NCBI GenBank assembly: GCA_016845305.1
Contig: JAERSW010000042.1
Location: 17,923 to 81,922 of the forward strand
DNA: 64,000 nucleotides
Reading direction: 5' to 3'
DNA from: Acidimicrobiales bacterium
GTDB taxonomy: Bacteria; Actinomycetota; Acidimicrobiia; Acidimicrobiales; MedAcidi-G1
The notes beneath the pieces were generated by a model. It did no database searches. It was not told the origin of the DNA and saw only the letters and a program-made list of their open reading frames with translations. A program made the translations under genes and the position numbers. Below are positions 25,639 to 33,686 of this stretch, piece after piece (position 1 is the stretch's first letter; every line of letters starts with the position of its first letter).

Positions 25639-27610
25639 CGGGGGCCTCCTCAGCGGTCTCGGCGGCAGCCTCTCCGGCGTCACCGTGGTCGTCGGGACCC
25701 TGGTCGTCATGACCGTGGTCGTCATGACCGTGGCCGTGCGGACCGTCCGGGTCGTCGGTCGGCTCGAACACCCAGCCGTAGATGGCCATCAGCACCAGGG
25801 CACCGCCCGGCACGCAGAACCACAGCGAGTACATGAGGCCGAACCCGATGAACGGCAGGCCGGCGGCCAGGACGATCGGCCAGTAGGACGGCGACGGCAG
25901 GTGGGTGTCGGTCGCCGAGCCGTCCTGGCAGACCTCTTCGGCCGTCGCCACCCGGACCACCCGGCCGTCCTCGTCCTGGCCGTACTTGCGGTGCCAGAAC
26001 TCGTCGAGGGCCTCGACCTGGATGTCGTCGTCGAAGTTGTGCACCGGCGTCGGGTTCGGGGTGAACCACTCGAGGCTGCGGGCGTCCCACGGGTCGAGGC
26101 CGACCGGCGGAGCGTGCTTGGCGGCCCTCGCGGAGACCCAGACGTTGAGCAGGAACGCCAGCACGCCGAGGCCGATGATGAAGGCCCCGATGGTGGCGAA
26201 CATGTTCCAGAACTCGAAGCCGAAGCCGGGGCTGTAGGTGTCGATCCGCCGCGACATGCCCTGGAGCCCGAGGATGTGCATCGGGCCGAAGGTCATGTTG
26301 AAGCCGACGATCATCAGCCAGAAGTTCCACTTGCCCAGCTTCTCGTTCAGCAGGTGGCCGAACGCCTTGGGCCACCAGAAGTAGAAGCCGGCGAAGATGC
26401 CGAGCAGGGCGCCACCGAAGATCACGTAGTGGAAGTGGGCGACGATGTAGTAGGTGTCGGTCTGCTGGGTGTCGGCCGGGGCCAGCGAGTGGGTCACGCC
26501 GGACAGGCCGCCGATGGTGAACATCGACACCACGCCGGAGGCGAACAGCATCGGCGTGTTGAACCGGATCTTCCCGCCCCACATGGTGGCCAGCCAGTTC
26601 AGGATCTTCACGCCGGTCGGCACGGCGATGAACATCGTCGACACCGAGAAGGCGGCGACGGAGATCGGGCCGATGCCGGACACGAACATGTGGTGGGCCC
26701 ACACGCCCCAGCCCATGAAGCCGATGGCGATGCCCGAGAACACCATGAACGGGTAGCCGAAGATGGGCTTCCGGGAGAAGGTCGGGATGACCTCGCTGAT
26801 GATGCCGAAGCTGGGCAGGATCAGGATGTACACCTCGGGGTGTCCGAAGATCCAGAACAGGTGCTGCCACAGCAGCGGATCGGCGCCCATCTCCGGGTTG
26901 AAGAAGTTGGCGCCGAAGTTCCGGTCGAACATGAGCAGGAACAGGGCGACGGTGATGACCGGCACGGCGAACAGCAGCAGGAACTGCACCACCAGGATCA
27001 TCCACGTGAACACCGGCATCTTGAACAACGTCATGCCCGGAGCCCGCATGTTGAGCACGGTCACGATCAGGTTCATCGCCGAGACCAACGACGCGATGCC
27101 CATGATCTGCAGGCCGAGGGCGTAGAAGTCCATGCCCTTGCCCGGCGAGAAGATCGTCCCGGTGTTCGGGGCGTAGGCGAACCAGCCACCGTCGGGGGCG
27201 TCGCCGAAGACCCAGGCCATGTTCAGGAACAGGCCGCCGAACAGGAACACCCAGTACGACAGGGCGTTCAGGCGGGGGAAGGCCACGTCGCGGGCACCGA
27301 TCTGCAACGGCAGCAGGTAGTTCGCGAACGCGGCGGCCAGCGGCATGATCACCATGAAGACCATGGTCACGCCGTGCATCGTGTACACCCGGTTGTAGGT
27401 GTCGGCGCCCAGCACCGTCCCGTCCGGCGTGGCCAGCTGGAGTCGGATCAGCAGCGCCTCGAGGCCACCGATCAGGAAGAAGAGCATGGCGGTGGCGCCG
27501 TAGAGGATGCCGATCTTCTTGTGGTCGACGGTGGTGATCCAGTCGCGCCACCCGGTGTTGCCCTTGGGTCGGGTGTAGACCCCGATCGGGCTGGCCGTCG
27601 TCTCGCTCAT
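25631..27610 (-). CDS. ctaD: cytochrome c oxidase subunit I with a C-terminal CtaF-like 2-TM extension and a His/Asp-rich tail
   Basis: All six canonical metal-ligand His are present (TMHGV; GHPEVY; WAHHMF; AHFHYV). There is about 120 aa extra after ...PVHNFDDD, including LPSPSYWPIVLAAGLPFIGFG...LMAIYGWVFEP and HGHGHDDHGHDDQGPDDHGD. Confidence 0.95.
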   Translation of the reverse strand: MSETTASPIGVYTRPKGNTGWRDWITTVDHKKIGILYGATAMLFFLIGGLEALLIRLQLATPDGTVLGADTYNRVYTMHGVTMVFMVIMPLAAAFANYLLPLQIGARDVAFPRLNALSYWVFLFGGLFLNMAWVFGDAPDGGWFAYAPNTGTIFSPGKGMDFYALGLQIMGIASLVSAMNLIVTVLNMRAPGMTLFKMPVFTWMILVVQFLLLFAVPVITVALFLLMFDRNFGANFFNPEMGADPLLWQHLFWIFGHPEVYILILPSFGIISEVIPTFSRKPIFGYPFMVFSGIAIGFMGWGVWAHHMFVSGIGPISVAAFSVSTMFIAVPTGVKILNWLATMWGGKIRFNTPMLFASGVVSMFTIGGLSGVTHSLAPADTQQTDTYYIVAHFHYVIFGGALLGIFAGFYFWWPKAFGHLLNEKLGKWNFWLMIVGFNMTFGPMHILGLQGMSRRIDTYSPGFGFEFWNMFATIGAFIIGLGVLAFLLNVWVSARAAKHAPPVGLDPWDARSLEWFTPNPTPVHNFDDDIQVEALDEFWHRKYGQDEDGRVVRVATAEEVCQDGSATDTHLPSPSYWPIVLAAGLPFIGFGLMYSLWFCVPGGALVLMAIYGWVFEPTDDPDGPHGHGHDDHGHDDQGPDDHGDAGEAAAETAEEAPVG

Positions 27611-28803
27611 CGGTCGACCTCCGTCGCCGCGATGACCTCCATCGTCGGGCTGCTCCCCAGCGTCGACAGGTAGGCCACCACGTCATCGATCTGGCTCTCG
27701 CTGAGGCCCATGGCCGGCATGCCCCGGCGACCCTCGGCGTAGGCGGGCTTCTCCTCGGGGGCGTTCCGCAACCAGGCCTCCAGCTGCGGGCGGCTCAGCG
27801 AGCCGTCCGGCTGGTACAGGTCGAAGATGCCACCGGCGTAGGTGGTCCGGCTCATGAAGTGTGTGAGGTTCGGCGCGGCGTTGGCGACCAGGTCGGCCCC
27901 ACCACCGTCGTTGATGCCGTTCACCACGTGGCAGCGGGTGCACTGGCCCTCGAAGACGGCCCGGCCCCGCTGTGCCGCGGCGTCGGTCGGCTCGGCTGCC
28001 GGCTGGACCTGCTCGTCGATCCAGGCCTGGAAGTCGGCCGGATCCATGGCCACGGTCTGCATCCGCATCCGCGAGTGGCTGAGGCCGCAGAACTCGGTGC
28101 ACTGGCCGAAGTAGACGCCCGGGGTGACCGCCTCGATCTTCCACGGCGAGATGCGGTACGGCACGGCGTCGCGCTTGCCGTTGAGCGCCGGGATCCAGAA
28201 GCTGTGGATCACGTCACGGCTGGTGAGCTTCAGGCCGATCTCCGAACCGGTCGGGATGACCAGCTGGTTGGCGGTGACGATGTCGGCGGGCGGCAGGTGC
28301 CGGGGGTCGGACAGGTCGACGCCGTCCAGCCCGTCGAAGTAGTAGCGGAACTCCCACCACCACTGCTGGCCGACGACCACCACCTCGGGGTCCCAGGAGG
28401 TGCGCTCGCCGTCGACGCTGACCACGATGTCCGTGCGGTCCTCACCGTTGATGTCGAAGTGGGTGAGCAGCGTGAACACGGCGATCAGGGCCATGAGCAC
28501 GGCGGGACCGATGGTCCAACCGAGCTCGGCCCGAAGGTGGCCGTGGACCTGCTCCGGGAACTCGTCGGTGCTGTGGTCGTCGCGGAACTTCCACCAGATG
28601 AGGGCCGTGGCGCCGAAGATGATGACGAAGACGATGCCGGCGATCAGGAAGACCGGATCAGAAAGCTCGTCGATGGTCTCGGCGATCGGGCCCTGAGGCT
28701 CCAGGGTGTCCAGGGGCGCGTCGGAGGCACAGCCCGTCAGGACGGCCAGGCCGCCGAGGAGGAGGGCGGCGAGCCGCCCGGAACGCAGGGACTTGGGGAT
28801 CAA
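27607..28803 (-). CDS. ctaC: cytochrome c oxidase subunit II with a fused C-terminal cytochrome c domain (caa3 type), lipoprotein
   Basis: TTG 28801-28803 overlaps the upstream stop. LAALLLGGLAVLTGCASD carries a lipobox. CuA motif: HSFWIPALNGK...CTEFCGLSHSRM. Heme c motif: CTRCH. Confidence 0.92.
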   Translation of the reverse strand: MIPKSLRSGRLAALLLGGLAVLTGCASDAPLDTLEPQGPIAETIDELSDPVFLIAGIVFVIIFGATALIWWKFRDDHSTDEFPEQVHGHLRAELGWTIGPAVLMALIAVFTLLTHFDINGEDRTDIVVSVDGERTSWDPEVVVVGQQWWWEFRYYFDGLDGVDLSDPRHLPPADIVTANQLVIPTGSEIGLKLTSRDVIHSFWIPALNGKRDAVPYRISPWKIEAVTPGVYFGQCTEFCGLSHSRMRMQTVAMDPADFQAWIDEQVQPAAEPTDAAAQRGRAVFEGQCTRCHVVNGINDGGGADLVANAAPNLTHFMSRTTYAGGIFDLYQPDGSLSRPQLEAWLRNAPEEKPAYAEGRRGMPAMGLSESQIDDVVAYLSTLGSSPTMEVIAATEVDR

Positions 28804-29591
28804 TGGTCCGCCTCCGCGTGGGCGTCGTCTTGGTGGGCGCCGCCGCCCTTGTGGTGGAACTCCCGCTCGCCGCTGACCGCCGTCACGATGCCGAGGACCA
28901 GCACGGCGACGCAGCCCACGAAGAGGATGCCGCGAACCGCCACCCGGGGCAGGTCCGGACGCTGGCTGACCAGCACGGCGAGGCCGAAGATGACGATGCC
29001 GACCACGGTGGCCACCCAGACGGCGCCGGTGACCGACGAGGCCAGCAGGATCCGGGACACGGCGAGGACGAGGACGCCCACGCCGATGGTGCCGAGGATC
29101 GGGATCTCGATGGGCCGCATCAGGTTCTCGCGGGCCTCGGCGTTGGCGGCCGGGTCTCCGGAGACCTTCTCGGACCAGTTGGTCATCGTCCACTCGACGG
29201 CGACGGCGGCCACGATGCAGAGGCCGATCACGAAGACGGCGGGGTGCACGACCAGTCCGACACCGAGGGTGCCGACGCCGAGGGCGCCGAAGACCGGCCA
29301 CAGCGAGCTGCCGACCTCGTGCTGGGCGGCGGGCGCCTCGTCGAGGCCCAGGACCTCGGCCTGTGCCTCGGCATCGGCGTCGCGGAAGGCCACGGCGACG
29401 AGGCCGAACAGGGCCAGCACGCCGGCGGCGAAGACGAGGATGGTGTACGAGACGTGGTTGCCGACGCCGCCCTTCCAGCCCAGCGAGAGGGGGCCGGTCT
29501 CGGTGGCGCCCGACGTGTAGCCGGCGAACACCGCGGCGAAGACGACGGCGACGAAGAATCCGAACCAGAGCTTGAACCCGGTGGTGAGCAT
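28800..29591 (-). CDS. 8-TM membrane protein: N-terminal half resembles actinobacterial oxidase subunit CtaF (Cyt_c_ox_IV), C-terminal half is unknown
   Basis: 263 aa. MLTTGFKLWFGFFVAVVFAAVFAGY... then an acidic loop ...HEVGSSLWPVFGALGVGTLGVGL...AAVAVEW, four further TM helices, and a C-terminal HHKGGGAHQDDAHAEADH. Confidence 0.65.
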   Translation of the reverse strand: MLTTGFKLWFGFFVAVVFAAVFAGYTSGATETGPLSLGWKGGVGNHVSYTILVFAAGVLALFGLVAVAFRDADAEAQAEVLGLDEAPAAQHEVGSSLWPVFGALGVGTLGVGLVVHPAVFVIGLCIVAAVAVEWTMTNWSEKVSGDPAANAEARENLMRPIEIPILGTIGVGVLVLAVSRILLASSVTGAVWVATVVGIVIFGLAVLVSQRPDLPRVAVRGILFVGCVAVLVLGIVTAVSGEREFHHKGGGAHQDDAHAEADH

Positions 29592-29606
29592 GTCGATCCC
29601 CTGCGC

Positions 29607-30185
29607 CTACTTGGCGATGTAGATGCCGATCCAGATGACCGAGTACACGGCCACCGAGGCGTACCAGTAGAGGGCGGCCGCCGAGACGAGGTCGCGGTGC
29701 CGGCTGGTGTCCTGGCCGCCAAGGGCCCGCAGCAGCAGGAGCCCCAGCCAGAGCACGCCGATCGCCACCATCACCATGTGCGAGCCGACGATGGTGAACA
29801 GCAGCGTCGCCGCCTCGCTGGCGTCGATGGGCAGGCCGATGTCCTTGAAGTAGAAGACCGTCTGGTTGACCATGGCGATGCCCAGCACCGCGGTCAGGGC
29901 CATGGCGATCATGGCGTGGATCCGGTCGTCGTTCAGGACGGCGTGGACGGCCCAGCCCATGGTGATGGCCGACATGGCCATGGTCGACATGTTCATGCCG
30001 CCGGGCACCAACTGGATGGCCCCCTCCGGGTACCACTGGGCACCCCACGCCATGGCGTCGTGGCGGATGGAGAAGTAGAGGGCGAACAGGCAGCCGAAGT
30101 ACATGACGACGCTGCCCGTGCCGAAGGCCGAGGCGACCACCAGGGTCCGGGGCCGGGTCGGCGCGGCGGGGACGGTGGAGGCCAT
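29607..30185 (-). CDS. heme-copper oxidase subunit III-like paralog (5 TM)
   Basis: 192 aa, colinear with ctaE in this window: ...LLFTIVGSHMVMVAIGVLWL...AAALYWYASVAVYSVIWIGIYIAK versus FFTLTGFHGVHVSLG...LYWHFVDVVWIFIF. The ATG shares one base with the upstream stop (TGATG). Confidence 0.75.
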   Translation of the reverse strand: MASTVPAAPTRPRTLVVASAFGTGSVVMYFGCLFALYFSIRHDAMAWGAQWYPEGAIQLVPGGMNMSTMAMSAITMGWAVHAVLNDDRIHAMIAMALTAVLGIAMVNQTVFYFKDIGLPIDASEAATLLFTIVGSHMVMVAIGVLWLGLLLLRALGGQDTSRHRDLVSAAALYWYASVAVYSVIWIGIYIAK

Positions 30186-31672
30186 CAGGCGGCGCCCTTC
30201 CGGTTGGCGGCGGTGTGCAGGCTCCCGGTCAGCATCCAGATGGCCAGGCCACCCAGCAGCGCCAGCGAGCCGACCAGCGACACGAGGTTCAGGCCGTCGA
30301 CGCCCGAGTCGGGGTTGCCGGCGGTGGCCAGGTCGACGCCGGTGAAGTCGGCCTGGTCCAGCAGGCCGCTGACCAGGTCGGCCACGCCGACGAGCACCGT
30401 GCCCCCGGCCACGGCGAGGCCACCGAGCAGGAAGAGGCCCGGTCGGCGACCCTTGGGACCAACCAGCTCCTCACCCCAGTGGTGGAAGCCGGCGCCGACG
30501 CCGAGGACGACGGCGCCCAACACGAGGGCGAAGTGGGCGCCGGTGACCGAGGTGTCGAGCAACTCCAGCGGGGCGATGACCCGCACCGCGCCCACCGCCG
30601 TGGCGGCCAGCACCAGCACGGCGGCCAGCACCGAGCAGACGGCCTCGGCCGGCGGCTTCGAACCCAGGTTGCCGGCGCCACGGCGCAGCGTGTCGGCCAG
30701 GCCGCCCACGATGGCCAGGGCGACCGGGACGATGGCGAAGGCGGCGACCACCGAGATGGCCTCCTCGGCGACCGGGGTGCCGGGCGTGTCGAAGAAGGTC
30801 TGGGCGAAGGCGCCGAACGACAGGAAGCCGAACGCCGCGGTGGCCACCAGGAGCACGTCGCGGTTGGCCTGCTCGGTCCGGGTGGCAGACGACACGAGGT
30901 CCAGGGCGATGCCCAGCACGGGAAGGGCCAGCACGTAGATGGCCGGGTGGGTGAACATCCAGGAGAGCTGCTCCCAGATGGCGTCCTCGGCACCGAAGCG
31001 CACGGCCGGGCGACCCCGCAGGTCGACGTAGGCGAGCACGGCGTTGGCGGCCAGGACGCCCAGCATCCCCGTCCACACCGTGGCGCCGACCAGCGTGGTC
31101 CAGGCGGTGTAGGGCAGGTCCCGCAGGCCGGTGCCGGCGGCCCGACCGGAGACGATGGTGGTCATCACGCAGACCGAGGCCAGCAGCAGGCCGCCGATGG
31201 CGAGCAGGAGGCCCATCATGGTCAACGCCGTGGCCTCGCGCTGGCCACCGCCACCGGGGGTGCCGAGGCCGCCGTCCACGAGGAAGCCGGCGACGGTCAT
31301 GCCAGCGCCGACCAGCCAGGTCCAGCAGGCCATCGCCGCGGCCCGGGGGAAGACCAGGGAGCCGCCGCACTGGCGGGGCACCACGGTGGTGGCGAGGGCC
31401 ATGAGAGCGGGCAGGACGCCGAGCAGCACGAAGGCCACGCGGTGGGCCGACCAGAACTGGAAGACCTCGTCCGCGCTGCCGAACACGTCGGCCGAGGCGA
31501 GGTCCAGACGCTCCAGGCCCACCAGGAGGCCGGCCACGGCCCCCAGGAGGATGGACGTCATGCCACCGAATCCCCACACCCGCGCCAGCGCCACGGGATC
31601 CGTGGTGGTGACGGCCTGCTCCAGGGCGGTCGGCGCGGAATCGGAGGCGGCGGCGTTGTCAGTCGTCGTCAT
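30185..31672 (-). CDS. degenerate heme-copper oxidase subunit I-like protein (lacks the helix VII CuB His pair and the second helix X His)
   Basis: 495 aa, colinear with the in-window CtaD: FWSAHRVAFVLLGVLP (helix II His kept); WMFTHPAIYVLALP (helix VI His and Tyr kept); FGAFAQTFF in place of WGVWAHHMF; GAHFALVLG in place of AHFHYVIFG. Confidence 0.75.
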   Translation of the reverse strand: MTTTDNAAASDSAPTALEQAVTTTDPVALARVWGFGGMTSILLGAVAGLLVGLERLDLASADVFGSADEVFQFWSAHRVAFVLLGVLPALMALATTVVPRQCGGSLVFPRAAAMACWTWLVGAGMTVAGFLVDGGLGTPGGGGQREATALTMMGLLLAIGGLLLASVCVMTTIVSGRAAGTGLRDLPYTAWTTLVGATVWTGMLGVLAANAVLAYVDLRGRPAVRFGAEDAIWEQLSWMFTHPAIYVLALPVLGIALDLVSSATRTEQANRDVLLVATAAFGFLSFGAFAQTFFDTPGTPVAEEAISVVAAFAIVPVALAIVGGLADTLRRGAGNLGSKPPAEAVCSVLAAVLVLAATAVGAVRVIAPLELLDTSVTGAHFALVLGAVVLGVGAGFHHWGEELVGPKGRRPGLFLLGGLAVAGGTVLVGVADLVSGLLDQADFTGVDLATAGNPDSGVDGLNLVSLVGSLALLGGLAIWMLTGSLHTAANRKGAA

Positions 31673-31871
31673 CGAAGCTTCTCAGGTCAGCGGGCGGGTG
31701 GAGTGCCCTCGTCCGGCGATCCGAGCGCGCTCGGACCAGACGAGGCTAGGCGGATCGACGGTGGTTCCGGCGCTCGCACGTCCGGCGCAATCTAGTCGGC
31801 GCGCGCCCGGTCGGCTGACCTGAACGAGGAAAAGCACGGCCTGTCGCGGCGCCCGGGCGGGGTCCAACGGG

Positions 31872-32792
31872 TCAGACGAGGACGTCCACGACCATGGCCG
31901 CGAAGAGGAGCGTCACGTAGGTGATGGACCAGGAGAAGAGGCGCATGGCGGTGCGCTCGCCGGGGTCCCGGCGGACCGCCTCCACCAGCACGCCGAAGGC
32001 GAGCCCCAGGACCAGCGCCGAGCCCAGGTACACCCAGCCCATCCCCGCCACCGGGGAGAAGACGAGGGTCAGGCCGACCAGGACCACCGTGTACAGGGCC
32101 ATCTTCCGGACCGTCTCGCCGATGCTGACCACCGACGGGAGCATCGGCACCTCGGCCGCCGAGTAATCGTCCCGATACTTGATGGCCAACGCCCAGAAGT
32201 GCGGCGGCGTCCAGAAGAAGATGACGAGGAACAGGACGACGGGCGCCCAGTCCAGCGTCCCGGTCACCGCCGACCAGCCAACCAGGACGGGAACGGCGCC
32301 GGCAGCGCCACCGATGACGATGTTCTGCGTCGACGTCCGCTTCAGCCACAGCGTGTACACGAACACGTAGAAGAAGGTGGCCGACACGGCCAGCACCGCG
32401 CTGAGCAGGTTGACGGTGGCGAACAACCAGGCGAAGGCCACCACCTCGAGGACCACGGCGAACGTCAGCGCCGCCCTCGGCGACATCACCCCCCGGACCA
32501 GGGGACGGTGCATCGTCCGCTCCATCAGGGCGTCGATGTCCCGGTCCACGACCATGTTCACGGCGTTCGCGCCACCGGCGGCCAGCGTTCCGCCCACCAC
32601 GGTGGCCACCATCAGCCACACCGACGGCACCCCGCCCTCGGCCACGAACATCGTCGGCACCGTCGTCACCAGGAGGAGCTCGATGATCCGCGGCTTGGTG
32701 AGCGCCACGTAGCCCGCCACCTTCTCGCGACGGGAGAAGGTGGCGCCGTCGACCGCTGGCGGTCCGGCGGCTCGGGGGGAGTCGGCGCGCAT
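31872..32792 (-). CDS. ctaB: protoheme IX farnesyltransferase (heme O synthase)
   Basis: ...VALTKPRIIELLLVTTVPTMF...GGANAVNMVVDRDIDALMERT..RPLV... Confidence 0.93.
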   Translation of the reverse strand: MRADSPRAAGPPAVDGATFSRREKVAGYVALTKPRIIELLLVTTVPTMFVAEGGVPSVWLMVATVVGGTLAAGGANAVNMVVDRDIDALMERTMHRPLVRGVMSPRAALTFAVVLEVVAFAWLFATVNLLSAVLAVSATFFYVFVYTLWLKRTSTQNIVIGGAAGAVPVLVGWSAVTGTLDWAPVVLFLVIFFWTPPHFWALAIKYRDDYSAAEVPMLPSVVSIGETVRKMALYTVVLVGLTLVFSPVAGMGWVYLGSALVLGLAFGVLVEAVRRDPGERTAMRLFSWSITYVTLLFAAMVVDVLV

Positions 32793-32798
32793 CGTCGG

Positions 32799-33641
32799 TC
32801 AGGCTAGGAGCCAGTCGGCCGGGGTCGGTCCGTCCGGATAGAGGCGTTGCTGGAACCGACGCATCCCGGCCAGCCAGCGGTCGACGTCGTCGCCCTTGCG
32901 GCGGACGTACTCGGCCACGTCCGGATGGGGCAGGACGTGGAAGCGCCCGTCGGCCAGGGCCTCGACCACCGTGTCGGCCAGCTCGGCCGCCGTCAGCACC
33001 CCGTCGACCGCGGCGGCCCCGGACGGCCCGTCGCCGGGCATCAGGTCGGCCGTCGGGCTGTTGGTCGTGATGTTGGTGGCCACCGCCTGCGGGCACAGCA
33101 CCGACACCCCGATGCCCCGGTCGCCGTAGGTGACGCTGATCCACTCGGCCAACGACACCGCCGCGTTCTTGGTCACCGAGTAGTGGAGCGAACCGATCTG
33201 GGTCAGCAGGCCGGCGGCCGACGAGGTGTTCAGCAGGTGCCCGCCACCGGCCGCCACCATGTGGGGGATGGCGTACCGGGCCGCGTACAGGTGGGCCATC
33301 ACGTGGACGTCGAACATGCGGTGCAGCTCGTCGTCCGGCGCCTCGAGGCCACCGACGGTGACGTAGCCGGCGTTCGACGCCATCAGGTCGATCCGTCCGT
33401 GGCGCTCCACCGTGCCGTCGACGAGGGCCCGGACCGCGGCCTCGTCGGACACGTCGCAGCCCGTGGCCTCCACCGCCGTCGCCCCGCCGGCGAGCCTCCC
33501 GGCCAGGGCCTCCACGCCGGCGACGTCCCGGTCGGCGGCCACCACCGCGGCCGCCCCCTCGGCGGCGAACCGCTCCACCATCGCCTCGCCGATCCCGCTG
33601 GCCGCACCGGTCACGACCACCACGCTGTCCCTGAGTTCCAT
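32799..33641 (-). CDS. SDR-family oxidoreductase
   Basis: Internal ATG (cat 33639-33641): [21 protein letters not shown]...NTSSAAG...[13 protein letters not shown] (TGxxxGxG motif and YxxxK). Confidence 0.88.
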   Translation of the reverse strand: MELRDSVVVVTGAASGIGEAMVERFAAEGAAAVVAADRDVAGVEALAGRLAGGATAVEATGCDVSDEAAVRALVDGTVERHGRIDLMASNAGYVTVGGLEAPDDELHRMFDVHVMAHLYAARYAIPHMVAAGGGHLLNTSSAAGLLTQIGSLHYSVTKNAAVSLAEWISVTYGDRGIGVSVLCPQAVATNITTNSPTADLMPGDGPSGAAAVDGVLTAAELADTVVEALADGRFHVLPHPDVAEYVRRKGDDVDRWLAGMRRFQQRLYPDGPTPADWLLA

Positions 33642-33686
33642 GGTCGGCGAGCCTACGGAGCCGGGTCGGTCCGTACCCTGACGGGC

